Shown: positions 38,313 to 50,804 of the stretch, one piece after another
Layout: the number at the start of each line of letters is the position of its first letter
Numbering within the stretch: the first letter of the stretch is position 1
Source: Vicugna vicugna
Taxonomy: Eukaryota
NCBI GenBank assembly: GCA_013265495.1
Contig: MU058009.1
Coordinates: forward strand, 1 to 64,000
Length of the DNA: 64,000 nt
Reading direction: 5' to 3'
Notes under the pieces: model-generated
What the model saw: only the letters and a program-made list of their open reading frames with translations
Databases searched by the model: none
What the model was told of the DNA's origin: nothing
Position numbers and translations under genes: made by a program

Positions 38313-38987
38313 GACTGAAAATAGCCAGTACTCAAGTATTCCTACGTGTCAGGTGGTGTTCCAAGAGCTCCGCGGGTATTAACTTGCCAGTCCTCCTGAT
38401 CCTGTGACACAGGGTCTGCCGTTACCCTCAGCTGACAGGTAGGGAAGTAGGGGCCCAGGGAGGTTAAACACGGATTGGGGTCCGTGTCCCAGGGACGGAG
38501 CTGGCAGAGCGAGGACTCGAACTCTGACAGTCCCGCTCCAGAGTCCGCACCTTTAACCACTGTGCTGTTCTGCACTGCTTTGCATTGAGGGAGGCTCCTT
38601 GGCTTTAAACCAGATTCTCAGCTTTGAGTCCAGAAAGCCACAGACCTGGACATTTGGTACATGAGAAGAGCCAGAAACCTTTCATTCCTGTGCCCAGAAA
38701 ATAAGAGGGAAGGGCACGGTGGCGGACGAGGGGCCCAGTGACCCGTCAGGAAGACTGTGTCTTCCAGACTCTGAATGTGGCTCAGCTCACAAATTCGTGG
38801 CCCAAAGCACCTCGTAGGGGTGGGTCACGAGTGAATATAACTTCTTAGCCTTTGGCTCCCTTTGTTAGGGAATCAAAGACGGGATGGGGGCCATCTCCTT
38901 TCTGTGGTGCCTGTGGGGCCAGGGTGTGGCAGGACGGTGCAGGGCCGGGGGCTAACTCTGGCCCCGGGCCATGCTGTGTCGTTGCAG

Positions 38988-39133
38988 ATGTGAAGACAAC
39001 CGTGGTTTACCCTGCCACAGAGGCGCACCTGCAGAAATACCTGCACCAGGACCTCCACCTGGTCCGAGAGACTGGAAGCGACTACAGGAACATCACCTTG
39101 CCCCACCTGGAGTCCCAGAGCCTCAGCATCCAG
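38988..39133 (+). CDS. DCPS: DCPS exon 3
   Basis: [49 protein letters not shown]; ttgcag| acceptor, CAG|gtgact donor; 146 nt; phase compatible with exon 2. Confidence 0.96.
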
Positions 39134-42100
39134 GTGACTGGCCTCAGGGGGTCAGGCTCAGGGGTCAGACTCGGAGTGCTGTCCCCACGGCCAGTGTATC
39201 TTCTCAAGCATCTGTGGAGATGGCACCACAGATGGGCCAGTGCTGTCATCCAGCACAGGTGGGGACACAGCAGAGAGCACAGCCGCCTGTGTCCCAGCCT
39301 TCGTGGGGCTTCCCTCCTGTGCGGGCCGCAGACAGCACGCAGATGTGTGCAACCACCCAAGACGTGAGGCTGTGAGTGCTGGGAGAAGCATGAGCAGGAT
39401 ACGGGGCGTGGAAAGTGCTGGAGCGAGGTCGCTGTTTCACAGAGGAGGTCACCGTCACTGATGAGGGACTTGAGCGCACTGCCAAGGCGCCCTGGGATCT
39501 CCAAGCAGTCTGGTCCGTAGGAGGAGTTTCTGTCTACTCTGTAGTAGCCGTGATGTAGTCTCAGAATGGCTCTGGCTGGGGGTCTGGGAGTGGTAAAGAC
39601 CCTTGCTGGCTAAGTCCACCCCATCCAGACCCTGCTTCCCGGTTTCACGTGCAGCAAACCAGCCTCCAGGAGCTGAGTCCCAGGTAGAAACTTCCCCTTG
39701 CCTCGCTCCCCCCGCATTCGTTCCAGAGGATGGGACCTGGGGGCTTGGTGTGGGGCCTCTTCTTTCAGGGCTGTGCTTGCGAGTTGGAAGCTGCTTCTGG
39801 GCTTCTTCAGCCACTGGGCCAGACACGAGGCCGTTTTGCTAAGAGATCCCACTTCTCCCTGGGTCTGTGCCCAGCGCCAAGCAGAGCCTCTGCCCGGGAT
39901 TGGCCCCACGTGCACGCTCAGAGAGAGTATGATGGATGAGCTGTGTTCTTGCTCACTTGTGGCTTTCGCTGTCTCCATCTCTTCATCGCTCACTCCTGTC
40001 TCTCATGCATTTCACCTGAAATTCAGGCTACAGTGGTGGCAGCTATTCTAACATGGGAGACTCACAGCTCTTTCTCCCAGGCCCAGGAGAAAGGAGGGCG
40101 CCCTGGGGGTGAGGGCACTGGCCGTGGGTTGTACTTGGGAGGAGGAAGTACAGGAGGTTTGCAGGGCTTGCCGGAGGCCCCGTGTGCCAACAGCCCTCTG
40201 TCCCACTGGGGGAGACCCGGCCCGGCTGGGAGCCACAGTCCCCTCTGCAGTATTGCACGAGGCCCCTCTAGCTCACACTGGCTTGATTTTTTTTTCCCTT
40301 TTTTTTAAAAAAGAAATCCTAGCTCTGTCTTCTAAGTGGAAAGGAAGTAAATCTCCATCTTCCTAGACAGTGTCTGCTATTCGGGGTGGCGGGGGATCTC
40401 CTGGAATGTATTGCACTGGTTGCACATATGTGGGACTGAAAAGAAGAAGCCTTTTAATACAGTTGGCATTAGTCACATATAGACCTTCTTATAGACCACT
40501 ATGCAGTTCCTCTTGGAAAATAATAGAAAAAACCCCACTCCTCTTCTAGCTCCTGTCTGACAAGATTACTCATGTATCCTTGCTCGGCTGTCCCTGGCAA
40601 ATTTACAGGTACTCAGTTTAATTGGCAGCAGTCATGTTTATTGGGCATCTCCTCTGCCCCAGCCCTGTGTGAGGCTCTGGAAGGTCAGCAAGGTGAACAC
40701 TGATAACGTCCCCGTAGTCTTGTAAGGAGGCTAGACCTGCAGTCTGAAACTTGCATGATAAAGGGATAAGCACTTCGGTGGTCTGTATATGAGGTACAGT
40801 GGTGACACAAAGGGGGAGTGATCAGCCCAGACTGGGGGGGGGGGCTACACAGAGGAAAGGATCCTCCTGTTGGGTCTTAAGGGACAAAGAGAAGTGTGCC
40901 AGGTGGACAAGGCAGACGGGGCATCCCCAGCAGAGGGGTGGGCAGGAACGGAGGCACAGAGGGCTGGAATCCCTTGATGCATTGGAGAGCTGGCAGGAGA
41001 CGACAGAAAAAGGCAGGCAGGGGCCAGGATTTTAAAATCTGCATTTTTGAAAAAACCTCTCTGTTTCTAACCGTCAGGTTTGAGACCGTTGCTGTAGGTG
41101 ATGAGGGTCCCATACTTGGTTTTAAGCATGTGGGCAACAAGGACCAGTTAGTTGGAAGCAGTGAGGGTAGAAGCAGGGAGACTGAACCAGGGTAGAGGCC
41201 CCAGGGGCTTCCCTTGTGTTGTAAGAGGCAGGGTGTTGACACTGGTTGATGCGGAGCAGCAAGGGCAGGATCTGGGGTGACTCCAGGTCTAGCTTGGGTG
41301 GTGAATGGTGGATAGTGGCATCGTTAACCAGCACAGGGTGGGGACAGCAGGGTGGACGTTCAGTTGGGACTTGCTGAGTACTCACAGGGTGCCAGGGACT
41401 GTTGCAAGCATTTCATGTGCGTCACCTCATTGGATCCTCACAACAGCCCTTTGGAGGCGGATCCAAATCCAGGCGGTCTGGCCCCAGCATCTGTGCCCTT
41501 AGCCAGCTACCCTATTTGTCTTCTCAAATTTGAGGTACTTGTAATTCCCCCCCGCCCCAGTAAATGTGGCAGGCTGCCTGGATGTCAGAGCGTGTCAGGC
41601 TAAAGTGTCGATTCGTGAGTCACCAGATGTTGACTTCAGCGTCAGCCATGTGGACACTCGCCCTGCCATCCTGGAGCATCCTGAGCCCGTTTCCATGTCT
41701 GGAAAATGCCATGACAGCACCTCCATCCTGGGGTCCTAGTGCAAGCTGAGAGAGGTGCCTCCAGTTGGAGGCAGGAGCTGCTTATCTGGGGGCAAAGGAC
41801 AGGGCTCTTCATGGAGAGGTAGCATCCTCTCCGTCCCCTTTATTTTGGGGACGCTTCAGCTCAGGTTCCGGCTGGCGTTTTTCTCCAGCCACACATTCCC
41901 AGAGAGATTTCCAGTCAGAGAGGAAGTGCCTCCTCGGGACACTGACTTGCTGGACGGTCATCACTCTGGCCCCGGTGCTCCTGGGCCTCCAGACTCCGCC
42001 CCGACAGAGGCGCGGCCAGGCTTTCTTGGGAAAGCCCCTCTTTTCTGGGGATCGACTACGTCGTGACTGGCCTGCGGCTCCTACCAGGGGCTCTTGAGGC

Positions 42101-43286
42101 CCTGATATTCCCAGGCAGGTCCCCTCTCCTTCCTCCTTCTCTGATAGTTGCACTTGGTCTTGGCCCTGGTGGCCGAAAGCCAAGCACGTGGACGCGGGGT
42201 GAGTCTCGGCCTTCGCTGGTACTGCTGTCAGCACTCACGGGAGTGGGCAGAGGAGCCCTCCACTCAACTGGCCGTGTCGCTGCCCTGGCCTCCCACCCAC
42301 CCCTCGGTCAGTTCGAGGCCCTGCATGACTGTGAGGCGAAGGCACAGCAGCGTGCGCCCAGCTCCTACTCTCTGTGGTGCTCCAGCGGGGCTCTCTCTCC
42401 TGTGTCGGGCACAGAGTTCACTGACCTGGAGGGAAGTCACGTTTGCAAAGGGCTGTCAGAATTTGGGGAAGCGGAGAGGAGCGGGCCCATGGTTGGAGCC
42501 CAGTGAGAACAGGGGCCTTCTTATCTTAACCCCCTGCAGGCTGGCTTCTTCAGAGAGGCCACCAGGGCCTTAATGATAAAGTGACGTCCTTGGGATCCAC
42601 ACAGCACCCAAGGAAGGGTCCTCAGAAGACTGTTGGCAGCAGCTGATCAAAGGGTGAGAGAGAGCTGGCAGCCCGGGGTTGACAGGAAAAGTCGGTGTCA
42701 TCTCCACGTGGCGTTTGTCGCGCAGGGCCCACATCAGCTGTGTCTCCAAGTGGGGCAGAGGTGCGAACCCCACCACTCACAAGACCCCCAGCAGGCAGAG
42801 AAACCCAACACGTTACCGTCTAGAACCGAGGCCCGCCCTGCCTTGTCCCGTAGCGGGCCCCTCTACAAGAAGGAACTCCCAGCCCGACTCGTTTTGCCCG
42901 TGGTCCTGAATAAGGTGGCACGGGGCCCACGGGGCACTTCTCCCGAGGCCTGTGGGCAGGGAAAGGGGCAGATGCGGACCAGGCCTGTGAGGCCACAGCA
43001 GGGCACAGACACAGTGCTGGCAGGAAGAGTCTAAACAGCCGGCCCCGTCTGAGCTGCAGGGACCCCTGTGGGGATGGCTGTGGTGGGAGAGGGGAGATCT
43101 CTTCCAGACCCCATGAGTAGATCCCTGGACACGAGACAGCCTGAGTGTTGATCCCCCAAGCTTAGTGGCCTTTTGTGACTTGGCTGTCCTTCCTGGGGAG
43201 GCTCGAGAGCCTACATGGCCCAGGGCTGGGTGTCTCTCAAGGGAAGGTGACTGTTGTGTGAACCCTGTCTCTCCCCCTCCTTCCAG

Positions 43287-43400
43287 TGGGTGTATAATAT
43301 TCTCGACAAGAAGGCTGAAGCCGACCGGATTGTTTTTGAGAACCCAGATCCCTCTGACGGCTTTGTCCTCATCCCCGACCTCAAGTGGAACCAACAGCAG
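43287..43400 (+). CDS. DCPS: DCPS exon 4
   Basis: [38 protein letters not shown] (cap-binding W175, E185, D205, K207); ttccag| acceptor, CAG|gtaaag donor; 114 nt; not present in the ORF track. Confidence 0.96.
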
Positions 43401-46400
43401 GTAAAGGATCTTGTGCTGGGCCTCTGTCTCTGAGGACCCTGCTCCAGGCTGCAGGGCCTCCTTAATCCTGCCCTTCTCCCCACGTGGGCTCTCTCTCTGA
43501 GCAGATTATAATTAACCAACAAGGAGGGGCGGGAGGCCCGAGCTGTCTGCGTGGGAGTGCCTACCTGTCATATGCAAATGTTCACACTGTAGTTGGTTCA
43601 GTTTAGAGCCATTTTCTGGCTCTGCTCCCACCCACGGGGTGAGGAGCAAGCCAGCATTTGCCCCCATCACCACTCAGGCCTTTCCTGCCCCAGCCAAATG
43701 CTGGGGCTACCACCCTCCCTCCCAGGAGCACCTGGAGCTCTGAGGTGGACTGCGTGCATCCCCCCGGACACCAGCAGACCCAGGCAGGCCCACGGTCTGC
43801 AGCGCTGGCTGGCAGAGGCCATGGTGACCCCCTGAGGAGTCGCCCACGTGGCCTGAGCTGCAGAGGAGGCGCCCAGGGGCCGCCGGGGCCTCTCAGCTCT
43901 GCTTCCTGGCCTCCAGGGGCCCTCTCCTCTCCTGACCTTGGGAGCAGGTTTCTGGAGGAGCTGTCTTCACTCTCGCTGTCCCTCTCCTGTTCCCTGTACC
44001 CTCTCCTCCCTCCTCACCCTCACGGTGGCCCATCACCACTCACACTTAGCCGTCGCCCCACCCGAGAGTGACAGGAATGGGCAAAGCCCGGTGTGCAGGT
44101 GAGCTGGTCCCACTCAGCCCTGGGCTTGCTGGGCAGGGGTGGGGACTAGATAAATGCCCCGTCCTCCAGCTGAAATCTGTGGTAGTCCAAGCTCAGGTCT
44201 GCCATTCTCTCAGATTTCTGGACCCTCTGGTTTCTGTGTTCCTCTCACGGTCACGTGATCACCCAGAGCCGCTGCTCTGGAGGCCAGGCCCGCCATCTGC
44301 CCAGGCACCTTCTCGTGCGTTCTCAGCTTGGCCTGTCCGTTAGGCCTCTGGGTCCTAAGCTGAGCTCAGCTGCAGTTTGCCTGGTGTGATTTGGTGGTTT
44401 CGCTACCAGCCACATCCCTCCTTCGTTGCCAAAGAAGGGGTGTCCAGAGCCTGCGGTCGGGGTGAGGGGCACAGAATTTTGGCTCAGAGGCTCACAGGCA
44501 GGTGAGTGCCAGCTGTGTCTTAGGGAGGCTCAAGGGAGTTCCTAAACATGGCTCAAGGCGGGTGGGGGATTTGAAGGGAGTTTCTGGGGGCTGCAGCCCT
44601 GAGTGTGATTCACCAGAGGCTGGTAGGCCTGCGAAGACAGCCCTCCCTTCGTGGGGTGCTGCAGGGCAGAGGCGGCCCTCTCCCCTGCCCCGCAGCTTAT
44701 CCCTGCCCGGGGGCGGGGGCGGGGGGCTGGGGAGCCGGCACAAGGCTATGGAATGGGAACACTGGCGGCAACTCTGGGCAGTGCCTTTGTGTGGCTCTGG
44801 GGACTCTGTCTGTCCCCTGGGTGGCCCACACCTGCAGGCTCTGGATTACAGACGGGTCGAAGGAGGTGGGGGATGTGGTAAGAGGAACTTGTGGCTCACA
44901 AGATCCCTGAAGACTGAAGACCTTGTGATCCACGGGGGATGGTGGTCTGAGGGCCATGTAGGACAGCAGGAGCATCCCCATTCAAGAAGCCCTAACACAC
45001 TGGCGCCCGCAGCACCGAGAACGGAAATCCTCTGTCCTTCTGACCTGGTGCTGGCAGGCGTCCTGCCTGGCCTGCCAGGGAGCTGTCCTCTCTCTGTCCC
45101 CTTTAAGACAGGAAAGGCTTCGAGAGCTGCACTGGGCTCCCAGCCATACGGCTGGGCGACTCACCCTCTGGTTGTGAACGAGCCAGCTTAAATGTCACTG
45201 CCTTTGATGGCAGTGCAGGTGTGATTGTCCTTAACCTTTGCGTAATTAGCACTTGCCTCTTTGTACTGCCACCTGACTGTGACAGAGCACTGAGGTTGAC
45301 AGCTCCCTAGAATCACGCAGTGTGTCCAGCAGGGAGATAGGCCAGGCCTGGACCTCTGTCCCTCGTCCTCCTCCTTCCCCAGCAGGGAAGGACCAAAGAG
45401 AAGGGTCTGGCATGTGCTTTGAGGGGTCTTGTAACCACCCTAGAGTCTTGCAGAAGTGTATCTTTTTTCCCCTAGCTGATGGCTCGGGGTCAAGTACCCA
45501 GTCCATCCATCTGTTTCACAGATATTTATCAAATGCCTGATGCCTCCTAGACACTCTTAATTCTCCGGAGGTCTTAGCATCCCTCAGTTCTCTTAAGAGA
45601 GAGCCTGTAGATTCTTTTTTATTTGCTTATTTTGGGAAGTGGGTCTAGTTAATACATGTATGTGGTAAGAAGCAAATAGTGCAAAGAGCGGACAGTGAAA
45701 GTAAGTTCTCTCAGCCCAGTTCCTCCATTTCCCTTCCCCAGAAGAGACTGTATGTCTCCCCTTCCAGAGACAGTCTTTCCGTACTATACGTGTCAGCATG
45801 TATGTGTTTATACAGACACACATCCATTTCAGTTCATGTAACTCAGAATCTTGTGTCCAAAGCACTCAGACAGGAAGCGGCTCCTTGGAGCCTCTCCGGA
45901 GAAGGAGAGGTGGTGCTTCAAAGCTCCAGCCGTTCTCCGCCTCTCTCACCCTTGCTAGGAAGCTGTTACTCTGGTTTTACCATCCTCCCTTATAAAGAGA
46001 TTGCTGGTGTCCCCACTGAGTGATTGATGGGCCGCCTTCGCGGTGCCAGCCCGAGAGCCTGGCCAGTCCCTTGTCTAGCTTTTTTCAGATCCTCTCTCTG
46101 GGCTGGGGGCCCTTTGGCTGCCTGCAGAAAATCTGAGGTCATGTCTGATACCAAAGTCTGGGTTCCTTTCCCTTCCTCACGCAGCCCGTGAGCTGATACC
46201 CAGCCCAGGCGTCGTGCCTCATTCCGTACCAGTGGAGCAGAGAGGTGTGATGTATTGTTGTGGTTGAGACTGGTCAGCAGGGGTCATCTAAAACAAATGC
46301 TCCTGGTATTTGGGAGTCCTGTGGCAGTGACCGTGAGAACAGCTGAAGACACCACAGGCATGCACACATGCTTCCATCTTTAAGCAGTTTTGTTTCCTGC

Positions 46401-47750
46401 TTCTCCTTGGGCCCCTAGCAGGCGGGGGGCAGGCGGAGGAGTAAATGTCGTGGTCTCAGGCCACGAGAAGGAGGAGTCCAGAAGAGACTTGTGGGCACAA
46501 CTGAAGCCCCGGAGGGCACAGCCGGGCCATCAGCTGGAAGGTCCCCACTGGGCTCGTCTGCAGCGGGTCTGGGGCAGAAAGCCCGGCCTCTTAGGGCTGC
46601 GGCAGAGAGGGGTGTGTGTGGCATGAAGAGGCCCAGTTGGACATCGGGCACCAGATGGAAAGTCTCATTTTCAGTTTTTAAGTCAGGGCCTTTGGGGATT
46701 TGGTTGGGTGACTCATGGTCCCCAAATTATCTCCTTGAAGAATCTTAGCAACTCACATGGCAGGGCTGAGGGCTGCTGGATTGTCTCCATGCCTTGCCCC
46801 TGGAGCCCTGGTGTCTGGGGCTTGCCTCACACATGGACGTGGTAACCGGCCAAGGCTGGGTTTGGGTAAGCAGAGACGGGTGGGAGGAAGCATCCATTTG
46901 CTCTTGGCTCAAGATCTTGTTGGCCTTGGGTCTTTGTACTGAGGTGACCTCCGGGTCTTCAGCCAGGCACTGTTTTCAGGAAGGACAGCAGGAAGGGCCA
47001 CCCGTGAGTCCCATGAGATAGGAGAAGAGAGCAGAGGGTGAGGCTGTGCTGGTGCCAAGCTGGCCTCAGGCTCCCTGTCCCCCCTCACATGCCTCGTCAC
47101 CCCTCACCAGCCTCTGACTCTGGAAACGGAGTGGTTTACTCTCTGCCTTAGGTGCCCAATACTTCTTGCCTCCAAGCCTTTGTTTTCACTTGCCTCTACC
47201 TCAGTGCCCTTTATCCAAACCCTACCTCTTCTTCAAGACCCAGATCCCCTGCCTCCTCTTCCAGGAAGCCTCTCTGGATCAGCCTAGCTAGTCTTTCCTT
47301 CTTCCTCCTGTACTTTTTTTTTTAACTGAAGAATGGTCAGTTTACAATGTTGCATCAGTTTCCTCCTGTACGTTTGTCACTTTATGTCTTAAGGCAGTTA
47401 CTTATGTACAGGCAGTTAGACCGTGAGAGTTGACCTTGGCACTTTCTTGAACCTCCTTCCTACCTCCCACTTCCCAGCAGCTGTGAGTATATAAATATTC
47501 TCATAATATTTTTCAGCAGGAAGAATAAACAGAAGCTCCACCTCTTAGACTGTCCCACTCACCTTGGGCACATGGGTGCACACATTGACTGGGGTTGGTC
47601 CAGCCACGGGGTCCCTGGGGTTGGGTGTGGCTGGCTCCGCAGGCCTTGGGTGTAGGTGCTTCCTGGCTCCTGGGAGGAATTCCAGGATTGGCAGCCTCCC
47701 TGGCCCTGTCTCCTGCTGAGCCCGTTTTAACCCTGTCTGTCTCCGCACAG

Positions 47751-47861
47751 CTCGATGACCTGTACCTGATCGCCATTTGCCATCGCCGGGGCATCAAGTC
47801 GCTTCGGGACCTCACTCCAGAGCACCTGCCACTGCTCAGGAACATCCTCTGGGAGGGGCAG
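47751..47861 (+). CDS. DCPS: DCPS exon 5
   Basis: [37 protein letters not shown]; cacag| acceptor, CAG|gtgagc donor; 111 nt. Confidence 0.96.
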
Positions 47862-49663
47862 GTGAGCCACCTTGGCTGAATCCACCCTGGAGCCCAGAGG
47901 AATTACATTCCGATTCCAGTGTGTTCTGGGGCCCCTTTCCTCACCCTTCCCAGACGTCCATCTCTGGATGTCCATGCGGGGGCCCATGAAGGCTCTTGGT
48001 GGACTCGCAGGACCCTTGTCCCTTGTCCTGCCCTGCCCTCCATCTCTACCTTCAGCCCCCTCTCCACCCCACACAGGCCCTCCTCAGCCTGGCTTCCCGC
48101 TTTTGCTCCCTGCCGTTCTCCTGCAGGTTGCATCTGGGATGCCCTCCCATCCCAGGATTACCTGCCCTGCTTGTGACAGCCACGTGGTGCTGGACACATT
48201 TCTTGGTTGATAGTCCACAACCTGACGCATGTCTACACGTCCCTCCTCATCTTCCTGGAGAGCAGAGACGTGAATTATCTAGCACCTGGCATTCTAGGAT
48301 ACTTTCCTCCTGGGGGATTTGCTGAATTGAATGAAATAGCGGGGTGTAAAAGGAGCCCTGGAGGTGAGGGGAGATGGAAGAAGAGAGCCTAGAATCTTGG
48401 ACACTGGTCCTGGTTCTGACACTGTGACCTAGCCCGCCGGGTGCCCTCAGGCAGGGCACTTCACCTCTCTGGGCCTCAGTGTCTGGAAGGGATCCTCCTG
48501 AGCCTGCCATTCTGCCTGGTTGTTCTCAGCCGTGCTTCCGCTCTGAGGAATCAGGAGATGCGGCCCCCGTGCCAGAGCCTGCAGTCACCAGGGTACCCAG
48601 CAGGGGACAGGCTCACCTGTTTCAACCAGGGTGGTTCCAGGGCTCCGACACCGACCTGCCAGTGGGGCTCTGCCCAGGGCGACCCTCCCTGCACCTCCAG
48701 GCCCTTCACCTCTGAGCCACCCTCGTCACTGTGCCTAGCCTGCCTTCTCTCCACTCACCCGCAGCACCGTCTCCCTGGCTGCCTTTGTCTCTCTCTGGAG
48801 TGACCCGTTTCTCCGCTGAAACGGCCCTGGATGGCTGAGCACGGCGTCTTTCTCTCCAGAAGATGCCAGGCCAGCACTCCCACCGGAAGCCCTCTGGGTG
48901 CCCTGGCCCTGGTGTCACCCTGCTGCCAAGACCCCCGGGGGAGCTCCACATGGCAGCATAGGGTACAGTTCTGGGGTGTGCTGAGCCCACTGAGGCCCCT
49001 GTCTTTTTCTCTTCACCTCTGATGGCCTCAGAGGTTTGCTCACAATGGAAATGAGTCTCGTAGTAATCCTGAAGCGGGTTGGGTAGAAACAGCTCTACCC
49101 CTGAGCAAGTTTGGGGTGGGCGGAGGGAGCCGGGGCCACAGTCGATGCTTTCCTTTCCCGCCAGGAGTCCAGCGAGACCTTGCGGCTCACAGTCGCCTGC
49201 CCGAGGCCCCTCCCCTGTCCTTTCTCTTTCCCCAAGCCCCAGGCAGCCCCAGTCCATCTCCTGGTGTCCCTGCTCCACTCTGTTCCGTACTGAGAGGGAG
49301 AACAAGGCTTCCTCCTGCCGTCTGGGTGATTTAAGTGCCGGTAAATCATCCGGGGGAGGACGGGCCCCACGGTCTTGGGAATCTGGGCCTGTCCTAGCAG
49401 TGGGACTTCCTAGATGGCCAGTGGTGACTGTTGAGGTTTTACCATGTGGGAGGCCGGTCCAGGCTGCCGCCCCCTTCCTTTGGGAGAAAGCGCCTCCGTT
49501 TTGCTGCTGTCACCCGCACTTGCTGACTCCCTAGATTGGCAGAGAGCCGTGGGGAGGGCTTTGACTAGATGTCCAGAGGCTGGTCGCATCGCAAGCAGGA
49601 GGGGGTTCTGGTGCTGCTTTACGGGCAGCAGAGTGACCCCCTGTCACTGTCCTCTCTCGCCAG

Positions 49664-49930
49664 GAGGCCATCCTGCAGCGCTACCAGGTGAGGGCTGACC
49701 GCCTCCGTGTGTTCCTGCACTACCTGCCCTCCTACTACCACCTGCACGTGCACTTCGCGGCGCTGGGCTTCGAGGCCCCCGGCGCGGGGGTGGAGCGCGC
49801 CCACCTGCTGGCCGAGGTGATCGAGAACCTGGAGCACGACCCTGAGCACTACCAGCGGCGCACCCTCACCTTTGCCCTCAGGGCCGATGACCCCCTGCTC
49901 GCGCTCTTGCAGGAGGCCCAGAAAAGCTGA
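49664..49930 (+). CDS. DCPS: DCPS exon 6 with the HIT catalytic motif
   Basis: [31 protein letters not shown]...LQEAQKS*; joined CDS 1014 nt = 337 aa. Confidence 0.97.
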   Translation, partial: EAILQRYQVRADRLRVFLHYLPSYYHLHVHFAALGFEAPGAGVERAHLLAEVIENLEHDPEHYQRRTLTFALRADDPLLALLQEAQKS

Positions 49931-50047
49931 TTCCCCCGCCCCAGGCCGTCTGGAGAAAAACACTGATGTGGGCGGGGGGTGGGATTTTTAGCACCAAGTG
50001 AATTTTTTTTAAAAGTGTATTTTGTACTGGCTTCTTCCCAGCATGAG

Positions 50048-50053
50048 AATAAA
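50048..50053 (+). terminator. DCPS: DCPS proximal polyadenylation signal
   Basis: AATAAA 118 nt after the stop, upstream TGTA motifs, downstream GU-rich tract (tttggtgtggcc). Confidence 0.8.
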
Positions 50054-50804
50054 GTGTCGGTCTCATTTGGTGTGGCCTGCCGGTGTGGCCTGGGGAGGTG
50101 GAGTGGGCAGAACCCAGCAGGGAAGGTCTTGAGTGGGGGCGAGTGTCTGGTGGCGGCTGCAGCCGGCTGGGAGGATGCAGGGCTCCCTCTGGGTCCCTGT
50201 GCACCTGCCCGTCCTCGCTGACTCCCGCGTCCTGAGTCCGACTACCTCTGCTTTCACTCCTGCTGCCATGGCCCTCTTCCTTCTTCCCACTTGCTGTATC
50301 TTTCTGTTAGTTTTCTGGGTTCCTATATCTGGGAGTTTCCCCAAAAAACCAAAGACGGAAACTTTTTGGAAAAAAAATCTATCAGTTTTTTTTGTGGTAC
50401 TTCCTCTTTCCCTTCCCATTGAGCATTGAGGTCACACTTCCCGCATGTGAGCCAACCCCGCTGATAAACTCCTGTTGACAAGGATGGAAGATCGCCTCCT
50501 GGAAGGAGGAGGGCTTTAATAAGAATCAGGTGACATAAGCCCCAGAAGCCTGCCTTTGCTTCCATTATTTGGTCAGTGAGTCCCTGGCCTTGAGTTCATT
50601 ATCTGGGCAGGAAGACAAAACAAACTCACACGGAGCAACCAGAAGAGCAAATACAAAGTGTCTCAGCAGGGCAAAATGACATGGTTGCAGTGGAGTCCAA
50701 AAGCCCTGAGGGGCAGGGGTTCAAGGTGTGACCAGCGTCATAGGTCCCCGTCCAAAGAGTCTCAAGGCCAGGAAGGGACTTAAAAGTGTCCGAGGCTGAT
50801 GGCT

